Shown: positions 24,703 through 40,630, counted from the first letter of the stretch. The stretch is DNA of 64,000 nt from Octopus vulgaris (GCA_951406725.2 OX597828.1:29326001-29390000), one strand, 5' to 3'. Translations and numbers: made by a program. Notes: generated by a model from the sequence alone, not told the origin.

Positions 24703-24801
24703 ACAGCTATATATTCATCCATACAAAGATGTACGAACGGACACCCGGATAAAAGAGACACCGGCCGGAGCTGGCCGGCATCAGTTGTCCAACAAATAGC
24801 G

Positions 24802-24814
24802 TGACCTTTGACCT
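24802..24814. promoter_or_regulatory. DR1 nuclear-receptor-type motif TGACCTTTGACCT in a unique-sequence island
   Basis: Exact AGGTCA-N-AGGTCA on the minus strand; function unproven. Confidence 0.35.
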
Positions 24815-24944
24815 TTCAACGAGATTTCCGACGGGTTATGATGAAATTTCGTCCAGAAAGCAAACTGCGCAACAGAATGATTGTAGTTGGTGCATTATTC
24901 TGGTTGTTCCTCGTAGAGTTTTTATTAACCAAATCCTACACCTA

Positions 24945-25028
24945 TCCTACACATACATACTTACATACATACATACATACATACATCTATACATACATAC
25001 ATACATACATACATACATACATACATAC

Positions 25029-25063
<35 letters not shown>

Positions 25064-25093
25064 CATACATACATACATACATACATACATCTA

Positions 25094-25127
<34 letters not shown>

Positions 25128-25281
25128 CATACATGCATACATACTTGCATACATCTATACACACATACATACATACATACATGCATGCATACATCTATAC
25201 ACACATACATACATACATAGATACATGCATGCATACATACATACATCTATACATACATACATACATACATACATACACTCA

Positions 25282-25315
<34 letters not shown>

Positions 25316-25377
25316 CACATACATGCATGCATACATACATATATACATACATACACATATTATCTATCTATCTATCC

Positions 25378-25440
<63 letters not shown>

Positions 25441-25709
25441 GAAATGTGTGTATATGTATGCATACGTGTGTGTATGTATAAAAGAAAATCTTTCTCTCTC
25501 TCTCTCTCTCCCTCTCTCTCTATCTTTCTCTCTTTCACTTTATATATACTTACACATGTACCGTCTACACACACACACACACATACATCCATACATGCAC
25601 ATATGATTACGTACTTGATAAATACATATGAATAGCGATATGTGCGTGTGTGAATGAGTGTATGTTGTATATATATAGATATATGTATGTATATATATAG
25701 ATAGAAAGA

Positions 25710-25741
<32 letters not shown>

Positions 25742-25895
25742 CATCTACATACATACATACATATACATATGTGTACAAAGACATTTACAGATACTCTGCA
25801 TACATACATATATTCATTGATGGCTCTCTATATATAAATATATATATATATATATATCCATGTACACACACACACGCACACACACACATACACAC

Positions 25896-25938
<43 letters not shown>

Positions 25939-26003
25939 CATACAAATAGACTCATGCGGTCGCGTATATATGTATATATGTGTGTGTGTGTGTGTGTGTG
26001 CCT

Positions 26004-26042
<39 letters not shown>
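24945..26042. repeat. Compound (TACA)n/(TATC)n/(TA)n/(CA)n block; similar blocks at 30105-30510, 31240-32482, 33498-33835, 34128-34645 and 38060-38560
   Basis: Seen directly. Confidence 0.95.
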
Positions 26043-26045
<3 letters not shown>

Positions 26046-26782
26046 CTTGATTGTTTCAGTTATTGGACTGCAGCCAGCCATGGCCAGGCTGGGTACGGGT
26101 TGTGACGTCAAGGTTCTCGCCGGCCATATCGACCTCCGTGCTTATTTTAATCTGGGCCTCGTTTCATCGATTTTTGAAGTTTTCGAACCCCTGTCTTACG
26201 GGCGGGCTGTTCGTCCACATAACAGAAATATCATTGCATTAGAGGCCCGTGGGAACTCACTCACTCACTCACAATCTCTGTCACTTTCTGTCTCCTCCCC
26301 CTCTCTCTCTCCCGCACAGACACATAAATACACGCATTCGCACACACACACAAGCAGAAACATGCACGCGTGCACACACACACACACACACACATTGTGT
26401 GTGCTTTTTCTTTTACACCGGTCATTCACTCATTCATTCTCTTTCTTTTTGTTTCAGTCGTCTTTATGTCTGTCTGTTTGTGTACACACACACACACACA
26501 TACACACGCAAACACACGCACATACATATATGCACACGCACACACACACACAAGTACACACAACATATATATACACACACACATATATATGTGCGTGTAT
26601 GTGTGTGTATGTATACATATATATATATATATGAATATGTCCTGTGGTCAATTTGTTCGACTAAAGGCCTTGCTCCGACATGGCCGCAGTCAAATGACTG
26701 AAGACTGAAACAAGTAGAAAGTAAAAGAATACACACACATACACACACACAAACACAAACACATATATGTATGTACGCAATG

Positions 26783-26822
<40 letters not shown>

Positions 26823-27637
26823 ATATATATGTATATATATGTATGAATTGATATATATATATATATAAATATATATATATATTATCTGTAAGTATGTATG
26901 TATTTACACAAATAATGCACGAACATTTAGGTTCCATTGAATTTCGTTTGCTATTTTTCTTGAAATTATTAAAAAAAAATATTTCAATTGTCACTTAAAA
27001 TAAAATCATACAAATTACCTTCATTAACTTACTGGTAAACAAATACCTTATTTAATTACTGCTAATGAGATTGCTAATGAGATCCCTGTTGAAGGACTGA
27101 AACCAGACTGGCTGACTGTTCCCTGTTTTTCTGTCCAGGAAGAAACTTGTAAAAAAAAACTGACAACTAGCTAATATCCATCTATAGACTCCGTATTGGC
27201 CCAAAAACCCATGGATATATTTACTCTATAGTACAGTGTAGGAAGATACTTTTGGTGCTACAGCCTGTTTGTTCAATGGGATAAAGAGAAAGTCTGCCAC
27301 TTGTAGATATGTGTGTCAGTTTTTACAGCTCGCTGCACGCATGTGCAAAGGCATGCAACAGCGGAAAACGTTCGTTCTACTTGGCACCGCATGTTATGGC
27401 AGAATTTACGCATGAATGCAGTTTACATTCGTGCATGTGCATCAATCAACGCTAACCTATTATGATAATCATTATTTGTCTTTGTCTTTGTCTTATTTCT
27501 TTTGAATAAAGATTGAGGCGAATGACGGATCGTGTTGATCGTGAGGAGAAAAGTAATTATGATTGAGAGACGAAGAAAATGGTTACATTAAAACGAACGC
27601 TAGACTCTATATATGTGTATTATGTACATAGACATAC

Positions 27638-27704
<67 letters not shown>

Positions 27705-28114
27705 ATATGTTATCCCATGGAGGGTTGCATTTACAACCCCTATCTCAATTTGTGTATCTATATATATATATATATATTACTATGTATATGTGTATAGAAG
27801 CACACATGCACATAGATAGATAGACAAAGAGATAGAGTGAGAGGTCAACTGAAAAAAAAAAAATAGAAAGTGAGAGAAATGGAATCAAGGTTGACAATAT
27901 AGAGAGATCGATTAAGGGGAAAAGAGAAAGTGAGAAATTGAAAGATTAAAGTAAAATAAGGCAGACGACAAAACGGAAGGAGATAGACAGACGCATTGAT
28001 AAATAGATTGGTGGATAGATAGATAGATGAACTGAGAGTGAGAAGAGAATGTGAAAGAAAGTCGAAATTGAACAAGGCAGACGATAATTATTAGAAAGGT
28101 GTGCGTGCGAGTAC

Positions 28115-28152
<38 letters not shown>

Positions 28153-28158
28153 GGAGGG

Positions 28159-28197
<39 letters not shown>

Positions 28198-28364
28198 AGA
28201 GAAATGAATATAAAAATATAAACACGGAGGAGATATATAAGAGAATAAATAAGACTGAAGCGGAGGCAGACGATGGAATAATATTTTATAAATATATTAA
28301 GAGACGTTTGTTACTTGTCTGATTGTATGAGATTTACAGCCTAAACACACATCTATATGTAAAC

Positions 28365-28436
<72 letters not shown>

Positions 28437-30102
28437 AAGATTAAGACAAAATTGGAAGAAAGCAGACGACAGATGATAGATCGATAGGCAAAAAAGCTGA
28501 CGGATGAATTTAAAGTGAGAAAGAAAGATAGAGATAGAAAGATAGAGATAGAGATAGAAATAGAGAGATAGAGATAGAGAGATAGAGACAGAGAGAGGGA
28601 GAGAGAGAAAGAGAGAGAGAGAGAAAGAGAGAAAAGTAGGCGAGACAATAACAGAATGTGAAAGTTGGAGGGAAAGAGGAGAGATAAACAGAGTGAGAGA
28701 GAAGACAGTAAAAGTGAAAGGGATGAACAAATAGTGAGTGAGAGAAGGAGAGAGAGATAGAGATAGAGGGAGAGAGGGAGAGAAGTCGAGAAACTCATTT
28801 AGAGCGAGTGTGGGGAGAGAAAGAGATAGAAAGAAGAAGTAAGGGAGAAGACCGATAAAGAGCGAGTGGGATAAATAAAGAAAGAGAGAGAGAGAAACAG
28901 ATAGATAGATAGATAGAGACAGAGAGACAGAGAGACACAGCAACAATAAGCAGATGAAGCAAGAGGCAGCGGCAAGGAGAGACACGAAAGATAGACAAAA
29001 TGGAGAGACAGAGAAACGTTATTAGAGAGAGACAAACACAAGGACGAAGTGAACACACAAAAATATAATAATAAAAAAGAAAGAAGTACACATAACACAA
29101 CAACCACCATAGTAAAATCAATAGAGTCGAAATGGGAGAAGCAACGTAACGGACTGTGGGAGGCTGGCTGCGGAGTTGTGTGACCTCAAATATGATGCTA
29201 CTACAGATGTTCTCCATACCACCCAAGTGGCGGCGAGATGGCCAGGGAAGCCACCGAGGTAAAAAAAAGTGTGAAAAAAATGCCCCTCGCATCTTGAATA
29301 ATAATATATTTTAACTTTATTTGTCTTTTTTCTCCCGTTATTTTCTGCTTCGGAAAAATTTTTATTTGTTTATTTGTAAATAGGAGATAAAATAGGATTG
29401 AAAGACACACACGCACACACATACATACATACATATATACATACGCACAGACACACACACGAAACAAAAATATATAAAAAAAAAAAGCAAAACGAAAAAC
29501 GACCAAACACTATAAAAAAAAAAATATATATATATATTACGTATTACTGGGCTTACAAAAGAATAAGTCCCAGGGTCGATTTGCTCGACAAAAAGGCGGT
29601 GCTCCAGCATGGCCGCAGTCAAATGACTGAAACAAAAGATTAAAAAAAAAATTACAAAATAAGAACAAAAAGAAAACGTATACGAACAACTAAAAAAAAA
29701 AAAGGATTTAATTAATTATTGTATATATAAAAAAAACAACAACAAAAAACAAATATTTGAAAAACAAGGAATTGAAAATAAAATTTTAAAAAAGTGGAAA
29801 TTAAAAAAAAAATGGAAATAAAAAAAAAATTGGAAATGTTATAATAACGTAAAAATAATATAAAACGTGATAACAACAGCAGCAATATCCTCATCATCAC
29901 CAACAACAACAAGGAGAGGAAGAAGAGGAAGAAGAGGAAGAAGAAGAAGTAAAGAAGCAAAGAAAATGTTGTGATAAATGCAATAACAACGTTTATCAGC
30001 AAAAAACGACATCGTTTAACAATAATACACAACCAAGGACAGCAAACATGCTGCAACAAGTACAACAACAACAACAGCAACAGTAATAAGTGTCTGCTGC
30101 AC

Positions 30103-30206
<104 letters not shown>

Positions 30207-30350
30207 GCTATCTGTCTGTCAATCTATATAATGTGTATGTAATATAAAAATAATTATACATTTTGCAAGGGAACACAAACGGCCAGCCAGCAACACTTGG
30301 GACATAGGAATCAATCAATCAATAAGCCAATCAATCGATCAATCAATCAG

Positions 30351-30428
<78 letters not shown>

Positions 30429-30429
30429 C

Positions 30430-30513
<84 letters not shown>

Positions 30514-31335
30514 GTCATATACATACTATACACGCATACATGTATGTCTGTATGTATGTATATCAGTTTGTATACCATCTGAAGTAGAATTGAAAAAAAT
30601 AAAAAAAAATAAAAAAAATTAATCCGAAACCCAAACAAAATCGAAAATGAATTGAAAACGCCATAATAGAAAGGATATTTAAACAGATATTTATACATTG
30701 AAAAAAGAAAAGAAACGAAAAAAAAAAAAAGGAATGATTAACTTTCCTTTTTCCTTATCGTGGATATCGTGTTTCAAATCTGTGTCTTCGTTCTGTGCGA
30801 CCGACGACCATTCTGCAATTTTATAAATGGAATAATAATAAACAGTTTCATTTTTAATCGCTTACAAGAGGAGATCCGGAGGCGATCTGGAAAGACTTGC
30901 GTATATATCGAGTAAGGAGTTTTATCCTCAACATATACTACCATTCACACAAACACACACATATATATGTGTATTTAGAATTCATATACATGTGTGTATA
31001 TATATAAATTCTGGGTAAGTAGAAATTAATATCACTTGTTCGGCGTATTCATTGTCGTTGTTATTTCTTTAATCACGCATTTCACTTTAACGAGCGAATT
31101 CGTCCACCATTTTATCTGTTTCTCTCTCTCTCTCTCTCCATCTGTCTATCGATCGTTTAAGTTTTCTATGTGCGTGTGTATCTGTGGAGCTGCTTTATAC
31201 GCATGTACGTACGTGTACGTACGGACATGTATGCGTATGTATGTATGTATGTATGTATGTATGTATGTATGTATGTATGTATGTATGTATGTGCGCGTTT
31301 GCGTGGGCGGATGATTTTCTTAACTTTGAGTATGC

Positions 31336-31489
<154 letters not shown>

Positions 31490-31644
31490 ACATATATGCA
31501 TACATATATACATATATACATACATATACATATATGCATACACATATATACATACACACATATATATACATATATGCATACACATATATACATACACGCA
31601 CACATATATATGTATATATATATATGTATATCATATACTCAACA

Positions 31645-31683
<39 letters not shown>

Positions 31684-32138
31684 ACACACACATATATATA
31701 TATATATATGTATAAATATCTATATATACTCAAATATACATAGACATATATAGTTGTAGAGTCAATATTTCATGTATATGCAGGTATGCATCGTTATACA
31801 ATTTCAAATACATACATACTTGTATACACATATACATATATATATATGTATTATATATGTATATACATATATATCCATATACATATGTATATATGCATAT
31901 AAATACATATATATATATATATATAAAATTTATAAATACATATACATATATATATATATATATATGCGCATATGCATATATATATATATATATATATATA
32001 CATGCATATGCATATGCATATATATATATATGTATATATCTATATATATAAATTTATTTATAGATATATACATATATATATGCATATGTATGTGTGTATA
32101 TATATTATGTGGCATATATATACATACACACACACACA

Positions 32139-32174
<36 letters not shown>

Positions 32175-32273
32175 GTGTATATACACACACATGCATATGC
32201 ATATATATATATGTGTATATATCTATATATATAAATTTATATATATATATATATATATATATGCATATGCTTA

Positions 32274-32315
<42 letters not shown>

Positions 32316-32333
32316 TATGCTTATATATGTATG

Positions 32334-32370
<37 letters not shown>

Positions 32371-32384
32371 TATGCTTATATATG

Positions 32385-32422
<38 letters not shown>

Positions 32423-32437
32423 GTGACACTTATTCGG

Positions 32438-32482
<45 letters not shown>

Positions 32483-32485
<3 letters not shown>

Positions 32486-32622
32486 GACGCACACATATGA
32501 AATTAAATAATTGACAATGGAAGAGGAAATTATGCAGTCAATCTCATTGGCCTACAGGTGTTTCTGCCATAAGACGCAGTGCTCTGAGAGCATAGTGATT
32601 GTGTACCACTTTATAGCTTCCT
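32483..32622 (-). repeat. Degenerate copy of the 48261-48430 hammerhead-bearing element
   Basis: Reverse complement gctataaagtggtacacaa...cactgcgtcttatggcaGAAACacctGTAggccaatgagattgactgcataatttc aligns with 48275-48385; the 5' core box has decayed; abuts (TA)n. Confidence 0.7.
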
Positions 32623-33073
32623 TGCAATTTCTAAAATGAAGAGCAAGTTCATTTGGGTAAGCATTTACATATAGCGGAAAGTACACGCTGGAAAATATAG
32701 AAGTACATAAGAAACGGAATTAGAATTGCGAGGTTAAAAGACCGCTCTCAGAAATACGTAGACTTAAATAAATATGTTTTTTTTTTTATGAAACCATGGC
32801 GACTGAAGAAGGGGTTTTTTTCCTTGTGTTATTTGTCCTGTACTCTATTTGTTTGTTGTTTAAGAAAAAATGTCCAGATCCTTGGGTTTGTGTCTATGTT
32901 TTCGTTTCTCATTGTGTTCGACGTTTTTTTGGTGTCCTGTACTCATATATGCGTGTATATATACATGTAGAGGTAGGTACGTACATATATGTATATATAT
33001 ATATGCATATGTTTTATTTATTAATATATTATATGACGGAACGCACGCATCCCTTTCTAAGTAAGATTGTTCT

Positions 33074-33145
<72 letters not shown>

Positions 33146-33507
33146 TTGCTATCATGTTAAACTGTCGTATGTCCTAATTTGGCCAAATGCGTTCTTTTTC
33201 AATATTTAATTTTGCTTGCAATAGCCAATTCTTTTGGTAAAACTATCGTATCTCCAGCCGCTTCAGATGCCAAGAAATAAGAATTGTCAAAGTGAAAGTG
33301 TAGTGCAACGGTTCAGCATTTTTCAAAAGTGTAGTAAGTACCATATAGGACAGTTTTGCAAAAATATTTCCGACTCAAAATGTCATCCATGCATGGAATT
33401 ACCATTTTATGCCCCAACAAAATATTACTGTTAAGCTGAAAGTGTTGCTAATCTAAAAAGAAACAGAATGGTGAAAGTATTTTTTCGATTTTTTAAAATA
33501 TATATAT

Positions 33508-33555
<48 letters not shown>

Positions 33556-33663
33556 ATGTAATGTATATATATACATACATATATATATATATATACGCAT
33601 ACACAAATATATCTAGAAAATTTAGAAAAAGAATGAGAGAGAAAGTGAGAGATAGATAGATAA

Positions 33664-33756
<93 letters not shown>

Positions 33757-33759
33757 CAT

Positions 33760-33811
<52 letters not shown>

Positions 33812-34541
33812 ATAGATAGGGAGATGGATAGATAGATGGATAGGCGCATATTCATACGCACGTATGAAAGAGGCTAGAATATGAATGTCAATACACATTG
33901 TACGTATGACTGACCAAAAGAATCTAGACAGAAAAAAAGCCATTGGAGACAGAAAGTGAGAAAATCCAAAATCTAAAGAAAGAGAGAGAGAGGGGGGGGG
34001 GAGAGAGAAACATAGCAGAGAGATAAATAAAAGGACTCTCAAGGTCCACGAGGAGGTTAAAGGACTCTTGTCGGATTGACAATTAACAGGTTGGCACAAT
34101 AGCAGGCACACACAGACATAATGTGCATGCATACATACATACATATATACATACATACATACATACATACATACATACATACATACATACCTAAATACCT
34201 AAATACATACTTACACATATACATGCATACATAAATACATACATATACATACATATATATATATGTGTGTGTATATATATATCTATATCTATATCTATAT
34301 ATATGTATATGTATATATATCTATATATATGTGTGTATATGTTTCTATATATATGTGTGTGTATATATATGTATATGTATATATATACGTGTGTATATAT
34401 GTATGAGTGTATATATATACATGTATGTATGTGTGTGTATATATATATATGTATGTATATGTATATATATGTATATATATATATGTTTATATATATATGT
34501 GTATATATATATGTGTATATATATATATGTGTATATCTATA

Positions 34542-34573
<32 letters not shown>

Positions 34574-35345
34574 GAAATATATATATATATACATACATAC
34601 ATACATATATACATATGTATGTATATATATATGTATATATATGTGAATCAATACTTGAAGACATACGTGCGTACATACACTGTTATGCATGAATATATAT
34701 CTACGCCCATGTGCGCGTGCGTGCGTGCGTGCACACCCACACACATTTTGATGCAGATAATCACGTACATGCAAAGTGCATACGCCGACACGCACGCACC
34801 TTAAGAGGAAACACAGGTAGGAGTAAGGCATAATATAGGTGAAGGACAGGTAGGAGACAGCAAGCAGAGTGGAACAGCAAAGATTGCGGGTTGTTATTTA
34901 GTAAGACGTAAAAAAATCAAAAGTCACCTGTATTAACCAGTATTAACCAGTTATTAGTATTATTCTATAAGAAATCAACGTTTTGTAGAATATTCGAATG
35001 GAATAATCTGATTGGAGACGGGTGGCGGGGTGGAGGTAAGAGGGTTCGGGTCGAGAGAAAGACATTGTGGAAGGAAATAAGGAAGGATATGAAGAAAGAA
35101 TATGAAGACATATCAGCTGTAGAATGAAGACCATACACGATTATATACACATTGTATACACTCATACACGCACATTCATGCATTGATGTAGAATGTTCTC
35201 AACGGTACTCGAACTGAAAGTCTCCATATCTGGCCACCCCTGCCCACGTCCTTCTCTCGTTTCTTGCTTTTCCTTCTTTTCGTTGCATTCTCATCAGACG
35301 CTATCTCCATTTCCTAATAGTTAATAATGATATAATATATGTATT

Positions 35346-35376
<31 letters not shown>

Positions 35377-35503
35377 ACACACACTCACACACACACACTC
35401 ACACACACTCACACACACATAAATGAATTCATGCGTGTAGATAAATATTCTCTAATACACACATATATACACATATACATATGCAGACACATCACACACC
35501 TTT

Positions 35504-35583
<80 letters not shown>

Positions 35584-35706
35584 CATATACATCACATATA
35601 CATCACACACACATACATATACACATACATATATATACACACATATATATATAAACATATACATATATTTACGTAAAACAATGTTTGACTACAGATGTGT
35701 ACATAG

Positions 35707-35745
<39 letters not shown>

Positions 35746-36119
35746 TGTATGCGCAGAGATACGTACGTACACGCATACATACACTCACATACACAGGCAT
35801 ACGCATACTGATATGTCGAGGTTGACTTTGCCGTTCATCCTTTCGTGGTCGATAAACTAAGTGCCAGCTGCTTACTGGAGTCGATCTAATCGACTGGCCC
35901 GCTCCCTTAAAAAAAAAAAACAACACATTTCGGGTCTTGTGCCTAGATTAGAAAAGATGTAATACACGGAGCTGTTTGGAAAATATTGCCACGTTGTGAT
36001 AATTATTGGTTATACTAATACGTAAATGGTGGTGAATGCTAAGAATAAGATGTAGGAAACGGGGGAAAAATATGTATATATATATATATATGCTTTCAGC
36101 CATACATATACCCGTATCG

Positions 36120-36155
<36 letters not shown>

Positions 36156-36879
36156 AACAAATATATATTAATTTATATACATGCATACATACATACATAC
36201 ATACATACATACATACATCCTTATATACTTACATACATGCATACATACATGCATACATACATACATACATACATACATACATACATACATACATACATAC
36301 ATACATACATACATACATAGGTAGGTAGGTAGAAACGTTAGCATGCCGGGCGAAATGCGTAGCCGTATTTCGTCTACCGCTACGTTCTGAGTTCAAATTC
36401 CGCCGAGGTCAACTTTGCCTTTCATCCTTTCGGGGTCGATTAAATAAGTACCAGTTACGCACTGGGGTCGATATAATCAACTTAATCCGTTTGTTTGTCC
36501 CCTCTATGTTTAGCCCCTTGTTGGTAGTAAAGAAACAGATAGATAGACGGACGGACGGACAGACAGACAGATAGACAGACAGACAGACGAACGGACGGGC
36601 GGACAGACAGGCAGACGGGCAGACGGACAGACAGGTAGACAGACAGACAGACATCAGACGGACAGACAGACAGATAGACAGATAGATGGATAGATTTTAG
36701 GAACGTGACAGCCAGTGTAAGTTTCTTGTTAGTACCTAATATAGGCGTCTCGTTAAGCGTGTAATATATGCGATAGGTGGGTGGGTGGATGGATGGATGG
36801 ATGGACGGACGGACGGACGGACGGGTGGAAGAGTGAGTGCATGGATTAAAATCTAAGCATGTAGTTAGAATATAATACC

Positions 36880-37298
36880 TATTTCTTTATTACCCACAAG
36901 GGGCTAAACATAGAGGGGACAAACAAGGACAGACATAGGTATTAAGTCGATTACATCGACCCCAGTGCGTAACTGGTACTTAATTTATCGACCTCCGAAA
37001 GGATGAAAGGCAAAGTCGACCACGGCGGAATTTGAACTCACAACGTAACGACAGACGAAATACGTATTTCTTTATTACCCACAAGGGGCTAAACACAGAG
37101 GGGACAAACAAGGACAGACATAGGTATTAAGTCGATTACATCGACCCCAGTGCGTAACTGGTAATTAATTTATCGACCCCCGAAAGGATGAAAGGCAAAG
37201 TCGATCACGGCGGAATTTTGAACTCACAACGTAACGACAGACGAAATACGGCTACGCATTTCGCCCGGCGTGCTAACGTTTCTGCCAGCTCGCCGCCT
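36880..37298 (-). mobile_element. SINE family C with tandemly duplicated body (second locus)
   Basis: Same head plus two-body layout as 22524-22942; 15-bp TSD ttagaatataatacc at 36865-36879 and 37299-37313. Confidence 0.92.
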
Positions 37299-37660
37299 TT
37301 AGAATATAATACCAGCAGCCGGTTACCATGTAATGTAACTTTTTTTCCTTATCCTGCAATAGAAGCGTCTGGTTCACATGTAACTCAATGTTCTGGTTGG
37401 TATGTTGTGCAAACTTTTGCTTAGCATCTCAGCAAGCTTTAGGTTTGCCTGTAATGTTATCTTCTGCGTCACATATTCTCCTTTCGGCTTGTCTTAATGA
37501 ATAAACGACCTTATGTCGAAATCGTAAATCAATGGCCATCATCGAATACATACGTATATGCAGACATACGTGTGTGTGTATGTATGCGTGTAAATGTGCA
37601 TGTGAGTGTGTAAATGTGCATGTATGAAGGTGCATGTATGTAAATATACAGATCTCCTAC

Positions 37661-37695
37661 ATTTCCGACGAAGAGCTCCGCTCGAAACGTCATAC
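37661..37695 (+). ncRNA. Hammerhead-like motif with CCGACGA core in a short repeat (about 37650-37793)
   Basis: CCGACGA-A-GAGC(ucc)GCUC-GAAAC-GUC; helix I is weak; downstream sequence is homologous to the 61885-62011 element. Confidence 0.55.
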
Positions 37696-38055
37696 CTTCC
37701 TTCTTCCCTTTTTTCCTGAGCGCCTAATAATACTTTAATTGTTCCACCTCCTTGCGTTGTTGTCTTTTTTGTTCTCTTGTTTGGATTAACTTTAGATAGA
37801 TAGATAGATAGATAGGTACGTAAGTATATGTATGTGCATAAACATATATACATATATACATAAACATATACGTATGCAAACAGGGACACAGTCTTATATA
37901 CACACGTGCAAACACATATATGCTTGTAAGCGTATATGTATACATACGGACATAAATTCCTCTACATACACGCACCCGTATGTGTGTGTGTAAGTATGAA
38001 ATTCTTTGGGTATAATTCCCAAATATAAATTTATGCACACATGTGTACGTATATG

Positions 38056-38132
<77 letters not shown>

Positions 38133-38342
38133 ATGTATGTGTGTGTGTGTGTGTACTATATAATATATACATGTATATATAAACATCTATATATATATGT
38201 ATATATATACATATATATATATATAGCGTATATATGTGTGTGTATGCATGTATAGCTTCTTTTGTTTTATAAATTTATACCTATGTGTTTGTGTGCGTAT
38301 GTATATGTATGTAAGTGTATACACATATCTGTGTGTTGTGCA

Positions 38343-38402
<60 letters not shown>

Positions 38403-38453
38403 AAGAGGGAGAGAGAGAGAGAAAGAGAGAAATAGATAGATAGATAGATAGAT

Positions 38454-38508
<55 letters not shown>

Positions 38509-38528
38509 TATATATATATTAATTTATC

Positions 38529-38566
<38 letters not shown>

Positions 38567-38664
38567 GCAAGATTTTTTATGTGAAGTCGTGTGTTGAAAC
38601 AGATATTGTTGTATTTCGGAATGGCTAAACTAGCAAAATGACCATTCCGAAATACAACATACAA

Positions 38665-38702
<38 letters not shown>

Positions 38703-38809
38703 CCTGTCTGCCTGTCTGTCCGCCCGTCCGTCCGTCTGTCTGTCTGTCTGCCTGTCTATCTATCTGTCTGTCTGTCTGTCTATCTATCCTTCAATCTATC
38801 CATCCATTG

Positions 38810-38885
<76 letters not shown>

Positions 38886-40080
38886 GTCTGTCTATCTGTT
38901 CTGTCTGTCTGTTTGTCTGTCTATCTATCTGTCTGTCTGTATGTCTGCATGTCTGTCTGTCTGTCCACTCCCTCCGTCTATCCATCTGTCTATCTGTATA
39001 TGAAGGCGACGTGTCATTAAGACGCCAAGCAAGAAAGAGACTTGGTGGCATTTCTTTCATTTTTAGGTTCTGAGGTCGACTTTGCCTTTCGAGGTCGATA
39101 AAATTTGTACTAGTTCGGCACTTGGGTCGATATAAACGACTAGCCCCCACCCCGCAAATTTCAGGCCTTGTATCTATTGTATATATATATAATTGCTTAT
39201 TGTATATTACATTATATCTATGCAGAGATGCTTATATTATAGACAACCCTTTTCGTTTCACCACAATCATATTTATGGTAACCTTGACATTGAACAGTTT
39301 TCAACATTATCATATCCGTTCACGGTACATGAACGTACGGTTGGGCGAGCAGAGAGAGAGAGAGAGAAAGAGAGAGGGAGAGAGAGAGTGAGTGAGAGAG
39401 AAAGAGAGAGAGAGGGAGGGAGAGAGAAAGAGAGAGTGAGAAAGAGAGAGAAAGAGAAATGACATTCATCCATGAAATCTGAGGTTGGTATTCTAACATA
39501 GACAATGTGTTTTAATTGCTGCTTTTGTTTAGTCCTATGTCAGCCCTGGTAAAGGAGACCCAATACGCACCGTTCCATTTATGACCATTCTGTCTTACTT
39601 TCAGGAATTGTTCATCACGAATTACATCATCCAAAGTGTTCTTTTTAATGATGACGGGGTGTGGTTTGGGAAAATTTTGGCTGTTATTTTCAGCAGATCG
39701 AACAAATACATACAGTAGTAGTTTTCAAACAGTGCATCACGAAAGGCCTCTTGGGGGCACCGTGGGTGTTTAAAAATATTAATTAAGGATTTACAAAGTC
39801 CCTTCAATATCTGGAAAAAACGTGTCAATCATAATTTTGTAATTACACAAGTACGATTAATTAAAACAAGGTAAGAAATAGCTTTATATATATTTTCTAA
39901 ATAATTAAATTTTAAACAGTTAAAAAAAAAATACCTATTTAAAGGCGTGGGCATAGCTGCGTGGTTAAGAAGCTCTCCTCTCTTTCTGGTTTCCGGTTCA
40001 GTCCCACTACACGGCACCTTGGGCAGATGCCTTCTGTTACATTGAGTGAATTTGGTTGACGGAAGCAGTGTAGAAGCCTG

Positions 40081-40146
<66 letters not shown>

Positions 40147-40199
40147 ATGTATGTATGTATGTTTGTATGTATGTATGTATGTATGTATGTATGTATGTA

Positions 40200-40254
<55 letters not shown>

Positions 40255-40256
<2 letters not shown>

Positions 40257-40548
40257 AGGCGCAATGGCCTAGTGGTTAGGGCAGCGGACTCGCGGTCGCA
40301 GGATCGCGGTTTCGATTCCCAGACCGGGCGTTGTGAGTGTTTATTGAGCGAAAACGCCTAAAAAAGCTCCACGAGGCTCCGGCAGGGTGATCCCTTCTGT
40401 ACTCTTTCACCACTCTTTCTCCCACTCTTTCTTTTGTTCGCCTGCTCGCTTAGCCAGCGGGGTGGCGTCATTCGAAGGCTAAAACAATGCGAACGCATTG
40501 TGACCAGCGATGTGTAACAACATCTGATGGTCTGGTCGGTCACGTGAT

Positions 40549-40556
<8 letters not shown>
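40255..40556 (+). mobile_element. SINE family B, tail type 2, inserted in (TA)n
   Basis: Same head and body as 21195-21370, then gcctgctcgcttagccagcggggtggcg...ggtcacgtgatcacgtga. Confidence 0.9.
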
Positions 40557-40586
<30 letters not shown>

Positions 40587-40630
40587 AAACAAGTCAAAAT
40601 AGAAAATGCTAAAATGATTTTATAAAGAAC

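Noticed and set aside
35245-35300. Minus-strand CTGATGA...GAAAC
   Set aside because: No NUH triplet after GAAAC and only marginal helix II pairing.
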